64,000 nt of DNA, taken from assembly GCA_024679535.1 (NCBI GenBank), contig JAIBDF010000001.1, forward strand, positions 21,748 through 85,747, in the 5' to 3' direction. Below, piece after piece: positions 61,175-64,000 of the stretch. This DNA comes from Chromatiales bacterium (lineage in GTDB: Bacteria; Pseudomonadota; Gammaproteobacteria; Steroidobacterales; Woeseiaceae). The notes beneath the pieces are model-generated. The model was not told the DNA's origin. It searched no databases and worked only from the letters and a program-made list of their open reading frames with translations. The position numbers were made by a program, and so were the translations under genes. Each line of letters opens with the position of its first letter. Positions within the stretch are counted from its first letter, which is position 1.

Positions 61175-63910
61175 CTAGTCCTGGCCGGGTTCCGCCGGCT
61201 TAGTTTCCGGCTTGGGTGCCGGTGCTGGTTTTTCAATCTTGGGTTCGGGTGTTGCCGCAGGTTTTGATTCCGCTTTCGGTGGCGGCGCCGGCTCGGCTTT
61301 TGGCGAAGCCTTCGGCTTCTCGACAGGCTTGGCTACCACCGGTAATGAAGGCTGTTCCCACGGCAGCAGTTTCGGCTTTCCGCCGGTCCCGTTGCCATCT
61401 GCGGCTGGCTTGGACTCGGCCTGCGGCTTGGACTCGGCCTTGGGCTTGGACTCGACCTGCGGCTTGGACTCGACCTGCGGCTTGGACTCGGCCTGCGGCT
61501 TGGGCTCGGCCTTGGGCTTGGACTCGGCCTGCGGCTTGGACTCAGCCTTGGGCTTCGGTTCAGTCTCAGCCCTCGTCTCTGCTTTCGCACCCGGATTTGC
61601 TTCCGTCTTGTCAGCAGCAGGCTTCCTGCGGCGACGTGGCTTCGGCTTGCTCTCGGTGTCAGCGGTGCGTTCCGCATCGGTGCGTGCGCGTGGCGGCCCT
61701 GACGGTTTCTCGCTGGCCGGAGCAGTGTCAGCCGGCGTTTGCTCCGGTGCCTGTTGCTCCTGCGACGGCTTTGCGGGAGTCTTCTTGCGAGGCGCCCGCT
61801 TCTTAGGCGTCTCGGCCTGCGCTGCCGATTCCTGCTGCGGTGCCTCGTTTGTCTGTGGCTGCGTGTCAGCCGTCTGCTCTGGCTTATCTTCGCTACGCCG
61901 GCGACGACGCCCGCCACGACTACGACGACTCCGTGATGAACGTTTCGGCTCGTTCTTGTTCTCGTCGCCTTGATCCGTGCGCTTTTCAGGCAGCTGCTGT
62001 TGCTGGCCTTCTTTTTGCGCCGGCTTGCGGCGCGCGCCAGTCTTTTTGGCAGTCTTCTTCGAAGCGGCTTTCTTCGATGCGGTCTTTTTCTGTGTCGGCT
62101 TGCGCTGCCCGCCACGACTCTCGCTGCCACGGCGCTTTGCCTTCTGGCCCCGGCCACCATGACTCTGCTTGCCGCCTTTGCTGCGGCGTGACTGATTCTG
62201 CTCCTCGTCCGCATCGTCGCCCTTGAACATCGACACGATGGAGGCGAATAGACCCTTCTTCTTCGCTTTAGGCTCGGGCGCCGGCTTCTGACGCTTGGGT
62301 GCAGGCTTGGACGGTTTCAATGTGCCGACCACTGGCGCTTCAATCGCTTTGCGCTCCAGGATGGCCTGTGGCGATTCTGGCTCCGGTGCCGAATCGGCGA
62401 GTGAATAACTTACGCCCGTGTTCTCGGGCAAATCCGTCTGGTCATCGCGAACACGACGCACCTCATAGTGTGGCGTTTCGAGCAATGGATTAGCGACGAG
62501 CACAACCTGCGTGTCGTTGCGGTCTTCCAGATTCTGTACCCAATCCCGTTTTTCGTTCAGCAGGTACGTGGATACCTCAACCGGCAGTTGCGCAATAACC
62601 TTGGATGTCCGTTCCTTGCGCGCTTCCTCACCGACGAGGCGAAGAATAGCGAGCGCCAGCGATTCAACACTGCGGATAGTGCCGAAGCCCGAGCAGCGGG
62701 GACAGGTCATGTGTGACGATTCGCCAATAGATGGACGCAGACGCTGGCGTGACATCTCGAGCAGGCCAAAGCGGCTGATTTTGCCGATCTGTACGCGCGC
62801 ACGATCCTGGCGTACCGCTTCGCGTAGTCGATTCTCTACATCGCGCTGGTGTTTTGAAGGGCCCATGTCGATGAAGTCGATGACCACGAGTCCACCCAGG
62901 TCGCGTATACGTAACTGGCGGGCAACTTCGTCGGCGGCTTCCAGATTTGTGTTGAGCGCGGTGGCCTCGATATCACCACCCTTGGTTGCGCGGGCGGAGT
63001 TGATATCGATGGAGACCAGTGCCTCGGTGTGATCGATGACGATGCTGCCACCGGATGGCAGGTGCACCGTGTGCGCGAAGGCAGATTCGATCTGCGATTC
63101 GATCTGGAAGCGCGTGAACAGCGGCACCGGATCGACGTAGTGTTTTATCTTCTTGATGTTGTGCGGCATCGTCTGTTCGACGTGCTCAACGGCGTCTTTG
63201 TACGTTTGCTCGTCGTCGATCAGGATCTCGCCGATCTCGTTGGTCAGGTAATCACGCAGGGCGCGGACCACGGAATCGCTCTCGCGGTAGATCAGGAATG
63301 GTGACGGTCGTTCGAGCACGACATTCAGGATGGCCGTCCAGACCGTCAGCAGATTCTCGAGGTCCCAGGCCAGTTCTTCGGCGCTGCGATCAATGCCCGC
63401 TGTCCGCAGGATGACACTCATGCCATCGGGAATGACGATTTCGTTCAGTGACTTTCTCGCCGCGTCGCGATCTTGCCCGACGATGCGCCGTGAAACGCCG
63501 CCGGAGCGCGATTTATTCGGTTTGAGGACGATGAAGCGGCCAGCCAGGCTGACGAATGTTGTCAGTGCTGCGCCCTTGTTGCCACGCTCTTCCTTGTCGA
63601 CCTGGACGACGATGTCCTGGCCTTCCTTGAGCACGTCCTTGATATTGGTCTTGCCGCTGGACTTTGCGTCCTTGACGAAATACTCGCTGGAGATTTCTTT
63701 TAATGGCAGGAAGCCGTGGCGATCGCCACCATAGTCGACAAACGCGGCTTCGAGGCTGGGCTCGATGCGCGTGATCTTTCCTTTGTAGATGTTGGCTTTT
63801 TTGCGTTGGCTAGCCGGTGCTTCGATATTGAGATCGTAGAGGCGTTGGCCATCGACCATCGCCATGCGCAACTCTTCTTCCTGAGTCGCATTGATTAGCA
63901 TTCTTTTCAT
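61175..63910 (-). CDS. rne: Ribonuclease E
   Basis: [16 protein letters not shown]1 domain, [22 protein letters not shown] and the CPRC Zn-link, followed by a long disordered C-terminal tail. Confidence 0.98.
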   Translation of the reverse strand: MKRMLINATQEEELRMAMVDGQRLYDLNIEAPASQRKKANIYKGKITRIEPSLEAAFVDYGGDRHGFLPLKEISSEYFVKDAKSSGKTNIKDVLKEGQDIVVQVDKEERGNKGAALTTFVSLAGRFIVLKPNKSRSGGVSRRIVGQDRDAARKSLNEIVIPDGMSVILRTAGIDRSAEELAWDLENLLTVWTAILNVVLERPSPFLIYRESDSVVRALRDYLTNEIGEILIDDEQTYKDAVEHVEQTMPHNIKKIKHYVDPVPLFTRFQIESQIESAFAHTVHLPSGGSIVIDHTEALVSIDINSARATKGGDIEATALNTNLEAADEVARQLRIRDLGGLVVIDFIDMGPSKHQRDVENRLREAVRQDRARVQIGKISRFGLLEMSRQRLRPSIGESSHMTCPRCSGFGTIRSVESLALAILRLVGEEARKERTSKVIAQLPVEVSTYLLNEKRDWVQNLEDRNDTQVVLVANPLLETPHYEVRRVRDDQTDLPENTGVSYSLADSAPEPESPQAILERKAIEAPVVGTLKPSKPAPKRQKPAPEPKAKKKGLFASIVSMFKGDDADEEQNQSRRSKGGKQSHGGRGQKAKRRGSESRGGQRKPTQKKTASKKAASKKTAKKTGARRKPAQKEGQQQQLPEKRTDQGDENKNEPKRSSRSRRSRGGRRRRRSEDKPEQTADTQPQTNEAPQQESAAQAETPKKRAPRKKTPAKPSQEQQAPEQTPADTAPASEKPSGPPRARTDAERTADTESKPKPRRRRKPAADKTEANPGAKAETRAETEPKPKAESKPQAESKPKAEPKPQAESKPQVESKPQVESKPKAESKPQAESKPAADGNGTGGKPKLLPWEQPSLPVVAKPVEKPKASPKAEPAPPPKAESKPAATPEPKIEKPAPAPKPETKPAEPGQD
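61407..61550. repeat. Coding 18-bp tandem repeat (8 copies) in the RNase E tail
   Basis: Unit GGCTTGGACTCGGCCTGC with variants; encodes (K/Q)(A/V)E(S/P)KP eight times. Confidence 0.93.
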
Positions 63911-64000
63911 GTTGTCCTACTTGTAAGTTGGAGGACAGCATTACGGGGCAGGGCGCCGAGCGGGCGCAGGGGATTTCACGCACAGGAGTCCGGCGCCGGA

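Noticed and set aside
61407..61550. Repeat array considered as a CRISPR
   Set aside because: Units are contiguous with no spacers, in frame within rne, and no cas genes are present.
61212..62214. Several alternative-frame ORFs with repeats (GLDSAC, WTRPAA, SPSRR) over the rne tail
   Set aside because: These are other frames of the same 18-bp repeat and low-complexity region.

Overview
A GC-rich (about 60% by eye), very gene-dense chromosomal window from a gammaproteobacterium. Gene order and protein features suggest the Xanthomonadales/Steroidobacterales/Woeseiaceae neighbourhood; this is an inference, not a database result. Most of it is core genome: pyrG-kdsA-eno-ftsB-truD, smr-surE-pcm-yqaA-nlpD-rpoS, recJ-prfB (programmed +1 frameshift)-lysS, ygfZ/DUF1674-sdhCDAB-sdhE-ygfX, rpoE-rseABC, lepA-lepB-rnc-era-recO-pdxJ-acpS, rlmD-nagZ-mtaP, csiV-mfd, lolC/E-lolD, comEC-exbBD-msbA-lpxK-kdsB, ptp and rne. 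Accessory material is a TPR-sulfotransferase, a VIT1/CCC1 transporter, a degenerate PAS-GGDEF protein, and a ~9.3 kb block between kdsB and ptp. That block holds tryptophan 2,3-dioxygenase, a DUF1302-DUF1329-YCF48-RND/MMPL four-gene envelope-spanning transport module and a globin-coupled diguanylate cyclase. The transport module is the best candidate for a poorly characterised system. I saw no tRNA, rRNA, CRISPR array, integrase or transposase. All product calls come from recognising motifs and synteny by eye, without any search.
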